From Fistulifera solaris (lineage: Eukaryota): 64,000 nt of DNA. Positions 53,999-64,000 of this stretch are shown here, one piece after another. Location: assembly GCA_030295235.1 (NCBI GenBank), contig AP026162.1, positions 1,054,001 through 1,118,000 of the forward strand, in the 5' to 3' direction. Positions within the stretch are counted from its first letter, which is position 1, and each line of letters opens with the position of its first letter. Below the pieces are notes generated by a model. The model did no database searches and was not told the origin of the DNA. It saw only the letters and a list, made by a program, of their open reading frames with translations. Both the position numbers and the translations under genes were made by a program.

Positions 53999-55107
53999 TT
54001 AAAGAGTAAAACCATTCTCGCAAACAGATCCTTGGGCCGAAACCTTGGCATAGTAAGCCTTTCCTTGTGCCTTAAATTCCTTCTTGGCTTTCTTAGCGGG
54101 CTTGGAAGCAGGAGCGCTGGCAGCGGCCTTTCGCTTTTCAGCGGCATAAGGATCAAGTTTCTCCAAAGCGACAATACTCTTGATAGCATTAGCCTTAGGA
54201 GCGTAATCCTTCTGGCCAGGCTTGACAGGATTGACAACACTTTGGACTTCATCGGAGTTGATGATACGAGCAAGATCCGCATTCGTCATGGAAGCAGCAG
54301 GGATTCGCTTGCCGTTCTCGCCATAAATAGTTTCAAGAGAATCCAAAGCAGCCTGGGACCAAATGCAGAATCGGCCCATGTGACCTCCAGGGGCAAGCTG
54401 GAGCAAGTTTAGTCGGTCAACACAGCAGAGCTCGACACCGGGCAAGTTGCGGAATGCTTGCTCAACTCCATCGTTCGACTTGTAAATAACGAGAGGACCA
54501 CGTCGGAGAGTGTAACGACGGTTTCTCATTTTACCCTTACCACTGCGGATCTGCTTCGAGTCAGCCGCCTTCTCAACGTCAGCGATGGCGCCAATGGCAG
54601 CAAGAATATCCTTGGCGGCAGAGGTCTTCTTGGTGGCCTCAACAGCAGTGTCGAGAACTAGAGGAACCTCAGGAACATCATCGATCGAGTGACCACGGGC
54701 CATGACAAGGGCAGGAACAGCAGATGCCGCAAGAGCAGAGGCAACAGCGTATCGCTTTTGGGTAATGTTAATTTTGCGGTTCCATTTGCGCCACGTCTTG
54801 GTGGGGGCAAACATGCGTCCACCTCGACACATGTTACCGAAAGCACCCTGTCCGGAACGAGAAGTACCACCTCCTCCGACGCGAGGGATACGGGCAACGG
54901 CACGTCCTGTACCCCAGGAAGATGCGACGACTTTCTTACCAGCCTTGATATTGACAGCGTAAGCTTGACGCTTGTTCTTGTTCATGTTGGTGTGAACGAA
55001 TTGAACCACATCAGGACGAAGGGGCGCCGTCATGACGCTAGGAGGTTGGTCTCTCCGGCCTTGTCACCGGTGAGAGAAAAAACGCTAACTAAGGGTCGTG
55101 CAGCCAT
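53999..55107 (-). CDS. RPL4: 60S ribosomal protein L4 (uL4); frameshift ~55040
   Basis: MAARPLVSV start, [34 protein letters not shown] and LQLAPGGH. Confidence 0.98.
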
Positions 55108-55495
55108 GGTTTCGATTTTGAAACAAAAGCAATTGATACTTTTTGATTGCAAAGTTTTGTTGCTCGAATCCGACGTGCGGTTTGATTTTAGCAAGGCGGT
55201 AAGAAGTAAAATGCATGCCAACGGTAGAAGTACAGGCGCTATTCGAATGTCTGTGTAATCTAACAAGTGAATTAATTAAGGTTAGGGCTTTGTCAATGCA
55301 TTATGTACAATCTACGGTCATAGTGCGAAGGTCGTGGAGCGAAACTTCATGCGGTTTCGGTTTCGCGTTCTCCCGAACAAAAGTACTCGCGGGAAGCGAT
55401 ATAACTTTACAGTATAGACATTGGAATGAAATAATGTTATGAAGTCGCCAGGTTGCTCACAATTTGAAACTACGCATCGTCAATTTACTTTAACC

Positions 55496-55990
55496 ATGAT
55501 TTTATTCCTTGAGATGAGTAATAAGCGTCCCAGTTTCCTACGAAGATATCAAGTTCAGTTGCCTGCCGCAATTGCAGCGCTTTCAGAGCCAGCTACTCTG
55601 CTCGAAAGCTTCCAACCATCAGAGCTAGATGTCATTTGTGGTCGAGGAAAGGGATGCTACGATCAAGCTGGAAACATTCGCATGAGAGATATCTGTAAAG
55701 CCAATATCTCCAAGTATCTAGCTGCAAAAACTAAGCTCGACAAGAGCCTGGTTATCAGCGATATAGTGGAACAAGTGCAGAACAACGGCACTGCTCGATT
55801 TGTAAAGCATGACAAAGGCTTAGGCTGGGTTGTTATCAGCGATGAGAAGGCAAGAGAAAAGGTGGGACACGCTCTTCGCGAGGCGCTGACTGCCGAATGT
55901 GGACATAGACAACCCAAAACCAAGTCCGGCACCGAACATCGTGAAGCACGACGTTGCCCCACGCCCGATGATTTTTCACTCAGTTTTTAA
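55496..55990 (+). CDS. DUF6824 domain protein (diatom-expanded)
   Basis: PSELDVICGRG..GN..Y..KS..RFVK..W..AREKVGHALR. Start codon uncertain. Confidence 0.8.
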   Translation: MILFLEMSNKRPSFLRRYQVQLPAAIAALSEPATLLESFQPSELDVICGRGKGCYDQAGNIRMRDICKANISKYLAAKTKLDKSLVISDIVEQVQNNGTARFVKHDKGLGWVVISDEKAREKVGHALREALTAECGHRQPKTKSGTEHREARRCPTPDDFSLSF

Positions 55991-56251
55991 TCAAGTTAGA
56001 CAGTAACAATAGACGATTTCATTTTTGTGAAAAAGTAACACATCACTTCAGTCCTTATATCATTTAACCGAGAAGCTCTTGCGCGTTAAATTAGCAAGGG
56101 CGAACAGAGCAAGTGGACTAACGAACAAGAAAACGCTTTCGGCATTGGTTTGGTACAAAGAACCAAAAGGCAAAATGGATCCATTCTATTAACTTTCTTA
56201 AGGCCTCGAGGTCCACGAGTCAAAGTTAAAAGACCGTAAATAGCCCTCCAT

Positions 56252-57560
56252 TTACAAGAAATAATCCGGTGTGCGCGGGCTCTTGTGCCAAGATTCATCT
56301 CGTGGTGCAGGATCAAACTGAGAACTGTGGTGCATTAACAACAAATCAGTGAGATTCGATCACAGAACAGGCCGAAATGATGGAAGTGCGAACGCCAAAC
56401 TTACAATCGACAGTGGTCGTGAATGCTTTCTTTCGTCGTTTGATCCACAGAATCGTCTACTTCCATTATGGCTGCCTGATTACCACACCTGTAGCAGTAG
56501 TTGGGGGCCGAGAAGACTGTTACGACGCTTCTGTTATGCTGCCACTGGTAGCCCTCCATAACCAACTGATGGGCACGCGCAATAAAGTGTAAGCCGTTTA
56601 TGTGCGTGAATTGCTCTGTGATGTCCTGACCAAACGTGTACCCTGCTCCACGAGGAGAAATACCCCAACCGCATCTTGAAAAGAGGGTTAAATTAAAATT
56701 TTATATATTCAAAAGACCAGAATACCTCAACAAACTTACCGGTCATCAGGATCCGACCAGACCAAGTCACACATAGGCCCTTCATGCGGAACTTCTTGCA
56801 CACGGTCCAAATCACGAGCATGGTCGAGGGTGTCAATCGACGGTGAAAGTCCACCGTGCAAACAGAAAATGCGATCAGAGATTACAGCTGTCATTGGGAG
56901 GTAATCAAAGGTATCGGTGAAGTGCTTCCAGACATTTGCATTTCCGTATTTTCGAAGGCATTCATCGTAGAAGCCATAGACCTGAGTGATTTGGCGACTT
57001 TCGTGATTGCCTCTGAGAATTGTAATCCTGTTTCTGTATCGAACTTTCAAAGCGACAAGCAGGGTAACAGTCTCTAAAGAATAGTAGCCCCGATCGACAT
57101 AGTCACCCATGAAGAGGTAATTTGTTTCAGGACATTGGCCTCCGATACGGAATAGCTCTGCTAGATCATAAAACTGGCCATGAATGTCACCACAAACGGT
57201 AACAGGAGCGCTGACAGCCTGAACATTCGACTCTTCGCGAAGAATTTCTTTTGCCTACAAGCGAAATCCGACATCGGCGTGAGAAAGACACTAGAGGGTG
57301 CCAGCATTACGCGCAACAAACGGCGAAGTCAACCCCTGCAGCATTGCAAAGCAGATTATCAATTAGTCGTAGAGACTCCAGAGGAGAGCTCTAACGGTAA
57401 TCCGGTCCTGCTGCATCGATAATATTGCTCTCTAGCAAGACACAAAGCGTGCATCTTTACTCACCTGTTCGCAAAGCGCCCTGACTTCATTTTCCTTCAA
57501 CGTAGAGCCGTTGCGTAGGTTTTGAATATGTTCCTCCAGTTTAGCGTTATCAATCGACAT
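56252..57560 (-). CDS. PP2Ac: Protein phosphatase 2A catalytic subunit; introns 57255-57464, 56675-56739, 56325-56404
   Basis: [29 protein letters not shown] and the C-terminal RTPDYFL*. All three introns are GT-AG. Confidence 0.96.
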
Positions 57561-58125
57561 GCTGAGTGTTTATTACAAGTGTTTATAAAGTAATCTCCCG
57601 TTATACGCGGAAAGGTGCTGTCGGTTGCAGCGGTTGCAGCGGTTCAGCCGCAGCAGTGTGGCAGCAGTGCCTTTCATCATCACACCACTTTCTTCGCGTG
57701 CGGCCAAAAGTCACGGCTGTCACGGCAGACGGCAGTGGATGCAAAAGGGGCATTAATTTTTTCGGAACGATACTACTTATTGCCCTATAATGAAATACAT
57801 TTTGTGACGTAACGGTACTTACTGTATAGGACCCGGAGCTAAAATTTAGAGTACGCATACCTGGTTTGCTAGATAAAGCATTATTGTCCGTTGAGGAATC
57901 AGAGTAGCAGTTGTATGGATTGTATATACATCAACGGACAAGTAGCGGTACTCTTTTATGTGGGAAAATGTAAAGTGAATAATAATGACAGCAACATTTG
58001 TCTCACAACCAGCATTTTATTTTGTGCAAACCACGCGACAACGAAGGCATCGTCCTGAAAAATATTACTTGTACTCGGTATCTCTTCTATTGCCATAATC
58101 ATTGTTCTTGTGATATCTTTGGACG

Positions 58126-58479
58126 TTGATAATGACGTACCGGTCAAGAGGCAGATCACTGATAGAGGTCATATTGGTAAGCCGTAAAAGAAACTGGTAT
58201 AACTCTCGTAATACTTTTTTTGATTTCTTACTTATTATCTCATGTCCCCAATTCCTTCGTAAGGCCATTGCTTTCGTTACTTTTCTTGTGGGATTTATTA
58301 CCGTTCTTTGCATTGGAAATTACTTCAGAGCCAAGAGGGCCCAGGAGAGGCAGCGGCAACGGCGACTCGCAAAATTGGCAGCAAATCAGAACAATGCGAA
58401 CAATATGTATGGCGGAGACCCACAAGGGAGCTACGAGGCCCCCACACATATCCCTGCCAATACTGGAGTTCCAGCATGA
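58126..58479 (+). CDS. Small single-pass membrane protein (5' end unresolved; possible intron 58177-58263)
   Basis: Hydrophobic AIAFVTFLVGFITVLCIG followed by basic RAKRAQERQRQRR. Confidence 0.45.
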   Translation: MIMTYRSRGRSLIEVILVSRKRNWYNSRNTFFDFLLIISCPQFLRKAIAFVTFLVGFITVLCIGNYFRAKRAQERQRQRRLAKLAANQNNANNMYGGDPQGSYEAPTHIPANTGVPA

Positions 58480-59131
58480 TTTTCGAAGTCAAGTTTTTGT
58501 CTCTCTGACTAGGGATGATCAAAAATCGAAGCTCAAAAGGCGCCGCGCGCAAATTCTTCGGGTACTTGTAGCATGTAATAAAGGACGAAGTAACCTCCCT
58601 CAGTTTCTTTTGTAACCTTTAAATTTCTTTACATTACATGTCATTTGGTTTGATATTCAACTTGACCCGGAGATCAACCTTGTCACCCAGTCAATACTAG
58701 AGACACGCCTCTATTTTCATGTTATACGACGGATACAAGAGCCTTTTCTACGGATTCAGTTAATCGATCGGAAGTGTCAATAATTAAACTGCACTCTAGT
58801 CTAGGTTCTGACCTAGTTCAAAGAGCTATAAGCTCTTTGGCCTAGGTAACCTTGTGCTGTCCTATAGACCTAGCCACGATCACGATCATTGCCCAATAAC
58901 GAAGGCAAACTCGAACTCTAAAAATAATTTCTTCATCCCCTCCGCCGCGCCCATAAACCTTACTATTGCCGCGCCCGCAAATACGTCATCCGTTCACCGC
59001 ATTATATTTTGTTGTTCTTTTATTCATCGCATCCTCATAAGTCTTACGTTGTCAATCAACAGTAACAATAACACCAACTTGAGATTATTCAATTGAATGA
59101 GACGCTGACCTCAATCGCGGAGAATTGAATA

Positions 59132-59818
59132 ATGTTGGCTCGCATCCGGTGCTTCGTCGTTTCACTTCTCTTTCTTATGTGCAAGTCGCGCTCGACGTGC
59201 TCTTTTGTTTATCGAAGTGTACATGTAAATCAGTGGAGAAGGCAAGCTACAGCGACACCAAATAGTCATGCTAGTACTATGTCGATAGATGAAGCGACGC
59301 ATATTCTTTCGGAGTGGGATCGCAACTACAACGCGGATCGATCACTCGCGTCCTGGACAAGTGACATTAGTTTGGACGATGCCAAGCAAAAGCTACCGGA
59401 AGCGGTTATCTGTCTAAATAATAAAGCTACAGAAGAGAGAATCTTGGATAGCATTAACGGTAGAGTGATGCTTGGAATTTGTGCTTCAACAGCAGAAGAG
59501 GGCTTAGCCACCCTCAAATCTTGGGTACCGACTCTGGGATTACCTCGTGGACTGCTTCATGGTATGGACGAAGACGGTGTTCCCTTGCAACTTGACGGGG
59601 CGGTATATATCAAATATAACTCAGGGGGTGTTTTCACATTCTCTGATATTCGAAAATCAGGCATCGGATTCGACGCGATTTGGAAGCCTGGTGACGCTCT
59701 TCTTGAACTATATGATGGAAAATATCGTGGCGTTTACTTTCAAGTGGAATTGGCCGACGGAGTCTTTCGACAGTTTCTCGTTCCTCTCGATATCTTCAAC
59801 AATGGTAAGCAAATATGA
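59132..59818 (+). CDS. DUF1824-like protein, probable plastid leader
   Basis: LGICASTAEEGLATLKSW..GAVYIKYN..YDGKYRGV resembles the cyanobacterial/plastid DUF1824 pattern. Leader ...TCS-FV. Confidence 0.65.
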   Translation: MLARIRCFVVSLLFLMCKSRSTCSFVYRSVHVNQWRRQATATPNSHASTMSIDEATHILSEWDRNYNADRSLASWTSDISLDDAKQKLPEAVICLNNKATEERILDSINGRVMLGICASTAEEGLATLKSWVPTLGLPRGLLHGMDEDGVPLQLDGAVYIKYNSGGVFTFSDIRKSGIGFDAIWKPGDALLELYDGKYRGVYFQVELADGVFRQFLVPLDIFNNGKQI

Positions 59819-59882
59819 TACTAATAGCGCTCAAATATTAATATCGGCGATTACAAAGATAAGCAATCATAGAGGAGTAGTG

Positions 59883-62297
59883 TTACTCTTCTTTCATGAG
59901 ATCCAACATGGCTTCGGATCGAGCAACAGACTCCTTTACATCCTGAAGTATTCGATCGCTGTCTCGTAAAAGAACGTTTGCCTGTCTGACTTTCTCCGGC
60001 TCTAGTTGTATGTTCAAAGGACGTCCTAGCGAATCCAGACTTTGACACTGTGTTGACACTTTTTCTTTTGTGAGTCTTAAGTCGTCCGCCATGCTATCAC
60101 TTTTAAGTTTCAAGCGCTTGATATCATTGAAGAACTGCAGTTCGGCGTCGCTAACAGTAGGAGTGAGGTCTTTGCACATTTCGAGACTACGCGTCGCTCG
60201 TTCCAGCAAAGTGGCTGCGTTGGCCTCGACAGCATCGATCTTAGCGGCCAGCTGACTGTTAATTTGAGCTTGCGAGTTTCTCGTTGTTATCAAAACTTCC
60301 ATTTGCTTTTGCTGACCCTCAACCGTCTTCCGCAGTATTTCTTTATGGGAACTAACAATACTTCTCAGCTCGATAAGAGGCACAATAAGATCTTTGTCAC
60401 ATCGCTCTCGAACTTGCTGAACGACGGCCAAGTAATCCGCTTGAATGTCTTGATAATTTGTCTCCGGACCCACGTACTTGCCCATAGCAGCGAGGCCAGC
60501 TATAATTTTGTCAATCAACGGCCGGGTCACTTCGTACAGTGGTCGAGTGCTCTCAAACGGAGAAATGTTTCCCTCAGTGCCGGCAGTAATTGCTAGTGCT
60601 TCACTTTGAGACCCTGCCACAAAGGCTTTCTGCACTTCATGGGCTAGTTGCAGCTCCGTAATACTCACATCGGAGCGATTGCCGTTCTGTTCGACGGTAA
60701 TCAGATTGTGGCCCTCAAGTGATTCTGCGCAAACCGCAATACCTTGAAGCTTGGTAGCATCTGATTTTGTTTGAAAGCTTACCCAAGCGGAAGTCGACGA
60801 TTCAGGTGGCGCAAATTTTGTCGGCTTTCGTGCGGCCCTTTGAATGGCGTTAGTAGACAACGTTACGACGAAACTCGGGGTGGCGACATGGATTAGGGAA
60901 TCGACAAGTGGATCATTCAGTAAAGCAACAGACTTTTCCAGAGCTGAGCCATGGTCTTCTGTCACATCGACTTGCTCTAGCCAAGCCCCCAATTTCCAAA
61001 TATCGTCGTCAAGTGCGAAGGTGTCGCTTCTTGGTTCGTACGTAAATCGAGAGATGAGCGCAGTGGGCGAAACTGCGGCAAAGTCAACTTCATAGCCACC
61101 AGCCCGAGCAATCGCTAGCCCAACAAGATTTTCACCGCCCCCAAAGCATTCCAGCGTCACAGCTGGAGTAGTGGACTCAAGAGAACCAGCAAGTAAGATT
61201 GGTCCTTGGCACTTCACTGGAAAGGCGACGGTGCTTGCTTCTCTGCTGGACATCGAAGTGATGTTTGCCGTGGCAAACTGGTTGTTAGACAGGCTCTGAT
61301 CTCTATAGTCACCAAAAGCCTCGAGTAGATATCGATTGACTACCGTGTATTGCCGCCATTTGGGTTGCGAAGAATCAAGGCCGGCCGTCGTTGCCTCGAC
61401 AAAGTCCACCGCTTCCTTCAAAGTAGAAATAGGAACCACACATCCGTCAAATACAATGGGACTAGCAGAATAAAGATCACCGGACCCCTTCAAGAATATG
61501 ACAGTCATCGAAGAAAGTAATGACAACCCGCTCGATCGAGCAAAGGTGAAGTCAACAATAAATTCCATAGTTCTATCATCCAGATCCTCCATGCTGAAGA
61601 CTAGCGGACGAGTAATCCCTCCATCAGAATGTCGAAGCAAAAGCGAGTACTCCTGTACGTCTGTGTTCTCGATCAAAGCGCACATGGAACACCCTGGGCA
61701 CATGACGGCAAACCCGCTCGATTTTTGAGGCGCCGGACGAACGCGAATAATATTGTGCGACAGGGAGGCCGCCAAGTATTTCTCAAAGGGCTGAGTAACC
61801 GACGTCATGGTTCCTCGTACAGGCTGCCCAGACGGTTGCGGCTCGTAATGCATTTCTAGCAGAAAGACATCCCGGCTTGTGTAAAGGCAAAGCCGCGGAA
61901 GAGATCGACGGCCGTCGGTTTGATCGGCTCGCGATGATCCTTCACCCTCAACACATAAAAGCTCAAGCGGCGGATCTATACGTAAAGTATTCTTGACAGT
62001 ATCGGTTAATTCCACCAGTATACTTGCAGGTAACTTTGATGCGCTTGAGTCGGTACGATCCTCAAATTCATCTAACACGAGCGGAAGTGCCTCAATAAAT
62101 GAACCTTCGCGGAGGGAGAATAGAAACTTTTGATCGTTACTACGACAAACAAGTCGAACAGAAGTTGATTGCACCATTTTCTTCAGGTCATACCGCGGAG
62201 TTCGATAATCATTTCCAGGGCCGGAATTGTAGAACGAAGGCTCGGGGGAATAGTTGTACTCATCTTCGTCATCGAGATCTGCAGCAAAACGCGGCAT
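59883..62297 (-). CDS. Nup88/Nup82-like nucleoporin
   Basis: 804-aa ORF with a beta-rich N-terminal part (VDFTF..IFLKGSGDLYSASP) and a C-terminal coiled coil with P.VSDAE..F. Confidence 0.55.
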   Translation of the reverse strand: MPRFAADLDDEDEYNYSPEPSFYNSGPGNDYRTPRYDLKKMVQSTSVRLVCRSNDQKFLFSLREGSFIEALPLVLDEFEDRTDSSASKLPASILVELTDTVKNTLRIDPPLELLCVEGEGSSRADQTDGRRSLPRLCLYTSRDVFLLEMHYEPQPSGQPVRGTMTSVTQPFEKYLAASLSHNIIRVRPAPQKSSGFAVMCPGCSMCALIENTDVQEYSLLLRHSDGGITRPLVFSMEDLDDRTMEFIVDFTFARSSGLSLLSSMTVIFLKGSGDLYSASPIVFDGCVVPISTLKEAVDFVEATTAGLDSSQPKWRQYTVVNRYLLEAFGDYRDQSLSNNQFATANITSMSSREASTVAFPVKCQGPILLAGSLESTTPAVTLECFGGGENLVGLAIARAGGYEVDFAAVSPTALISRFTYEPRSDTFALDDDIWKLGAWLEQVDVTEDHGSALEKSVALLNDPLVDSLIHVATPSFVVTLSTNAIQRAARKPTKFAPPESSTSAWVSFQTKSDATKLQGIAVCAESLEGHNLITVEQNGNRSDVSITELQLAHEVQKAFVAGSQSEALAITAGTEGNISPFESTRPLYEVTRPLIDKIIAGLAAMGKYVGPETNYQDIQADYLAVVQQVRERCDKDLIVPLIELRSIVSSHKEILRKTVEGQQKQMEVLITTRNSQAQINSQLAAKIDAVEANAATLLERATRSLEMCKDLTPTVSDAELQFFNDIKRLKLKSDSMADDLRLTKEKVSTQCQSLDSLGRPLNIQLEPEKVRQANVLLRDSDRILQDVKESVARSEAMLDLMKEE

Positions 62298-62717
62298 TGC
62301 TTGAGAGTGTTTTCAACACACTTATTGTAATAACGTCTACTCCTTTGATCGTTTATCACAAGCCTCGTAGAATAGTCAACCTGAAACGTTGAGAGTTGAT
62401 AACCTTTCAAGCTAAAGACTACTGGTATATGTTTCACAGTTTTATTTTTAAAGGCAGCAGCGTATCGTCGCATGATCGCATCGCATAAAAAGCGAGAGCT
62501 GCCGCGCACCGCGAACCGCGAATAACAGTCAAAACAAGTAAATGTCGTAGCGGTCGCCTGGTCATAAAACGATGATGATGAATGATGATAAATAATACCA
62601 GGTATAGCTGCATTGTTTCATCGTTAGCCTACAAACTAACCAGGTTCTAATTTACAAGAATTCAGTTGCAAACACAAAATTGTTGAAAGGGGCGAAACCG
62701 AGCACTTCCGTTGCGAA

Positions 62718-63320
62718 ATGAATGAAGAATCGACGGCACAAGACGATGAACGACATGGTATTTTGGCCCATTTCGAAACCTATGGATGGAAGCCAGATCC
62801 TTCTTTGCCCGACGATGAAAACATAATGGATCTCGTATTCATAATAACAAGAGCTGCCAAGCTAAAACAAGGAAGCATGGCATGCATTATACTTCGTCCA
62901 CCGGATTCTTCGACCGAAGAAAGTCAAAACAACTCTCTAGTGAACAGGATCATAAGCATCTCGAATAACCAAGCACTCTACAAAGCAGGTAACAGTGACG
63001 TCCACGCAGAGATCGTTGCTATTGGAAATGCAGCTCAAAGAGGAATACCAACAGATCAAGCAACAGCATATATCACCATGCCGCCGTGTAAAAATTGTTT
63101 TGGGGCTCTCGTTTCAGCTGGGATCAAACGAATTGTGACCGTTTATCCACCTCGTGAACACTTTACTGCCGTTCTGGCAAGGTTGGGGATCGAAATGGTT
63201 GCAATTGAAAACCTTGCTGAGGTCCGATCCCGAGTGGACAAGCTCATTGCTGCTTACAACGACTTGCCAGCAAGTAAACGTCAAAAGAGCGACGATAGTT
63301 CCAATTTAGAACCATCGTGA
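62718..63320 (+). CDS. Zn-dependent cytidine/dCMP deaminase family protein
   Basis: HAE and PPCKNC motifs plus AGIKRIV. Confidence 0.85.
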   Translation: MNEESTAQDDERHGILAHFETYGWKPDPSLPDDENIMDLVFIITRAAKLKQGSMACIILRPPDSSTEESQNNSLVNRIISISNNQALYKAGNSDVHAEIVAIGNAAQRGIPTDQATAYITMPPCKNCFGALVSAGIKRIVTVYPPREHFTAVLARLGIEMVAIENLAEVRSRVDKLIAAYNDLPASKRQKSDDSSNLEPS

Positions 63321-63874
63321 TGTTGACTTGTGCATACGACTAGTGCGCTGGAGTTTTAATGACGCTAAAAATTACGCTGATTAACTTCTGGCACCTGTTA
63401 CTGATTTAAGTTTCATTTAATTGAGATCTAGGGCTCGCAAATAACTCCATATATTATCCTGGGTGATGTTGACATGAGAGCCTGGCTAGTTTGTCAACTT
63501 TGATTGTCGACTTATAAGTCTTTGGGGCGTACTAACATAGATTATGGGTCTCTAGCTCTAGCGTATTGCTCACTGCTCACTCGCCTTGGTCGGCTGCTGT
63601 CTGCTGAGGTTATAGGGACGATAAGGATGGGGTCAAAGCAAACAATACGGCACTTGTACTATATCATGCCTAAGTAGTCTCTTTGTGTCCAGTAAGACAT
63701 TTAGTTGTACACACTGATGTCGCAACGTACATTTCGACGAGTTCAATACCGCATACCTCTTACCCGCATTACTAAAATTCTTTGTCGGTCGCTCCTCGTT
63801 TTTTCAATCTTCCTCGTTATGCGCATCGTTGCGGTCGATCAAACCCTGCTCCAAACAATCACATTCAAATAACA

Positions 63875-64000
63875 ATGGTAGCTTCTGACACCAAAATCAT
63901 CGATGGTCGCGATCATCTTTACGGTCGCTTGTGTAGTATAGTGGCCAAGGAATTGCTCGCCGGACAAAAATTGTCATCGTGCGATGCGACGAAATGTGCA
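63875..64000 (+). CDS. RPL13A: 60S ribosomal protein L13a (uL13), 5' part
   Basis: MVASDTKIIDGRDHLYGRLCSIVAKELLAGQK, then (after an A-run indel) IVIVRCDEMC. Confidence 0.93.
   Translation, partial: MVASDTKIIDGRDHLYGRLCSIVAKELLAGQKLSSCDATKCA

Noticed and set aside
58820..58845. Hairpin CAAAGAGCT-ata-AGCTCTTTG and CTAG-rich patches (also ~33810, ~46980)
   Set aside because: Isolated and short, with no support for an ncRNA or MITE.

Overview
Gene-dense eukaryotic nuclear DNA from a pennate diatom (plausibly Fistulifera-like). The basis is short GT-AG introns, bipartite signal+'AF/SF' plastid-targeting leaders, a DUF6824 gene and a diatom lineage-expanded gene family. About 29 protein genes are visible, including an M14 carboxypeptidase, CMS1, PDZ-PX-VPS9, E2F, RPN6, MRG/EAF3, ZnT9, HisRS, two GPIs, Rab6, METTL16, nucleoredoxin, a PHD-bromo protein, RPL4, PP2Ac, DUF1824, Nup88-like, a deaminase and RPL13A. 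Many conserved genes carry single-base frameshifts, mostly at homopolymers, which I read as long-read consensus errors. The most interesting signals are: (1) a dispersed family of palindrome-based intergenic tandem repeats, including a 213-bp higher-order array built from 17-bp dyads spaced 52-55 bp apart; (2) a tail-to-tail GPI pair in which the second copy lacks the catalytic Lys (candidate pseudoenzyme); (3) a recurrent intergenic TACCWGGTA palindrome that appears once as an apparent insertion with TA duplication; (4) a SNF5-like/PHD/bromo/NUMOD1-like fusion protein. All family assignments come from motif recognition by eye, not database searches.
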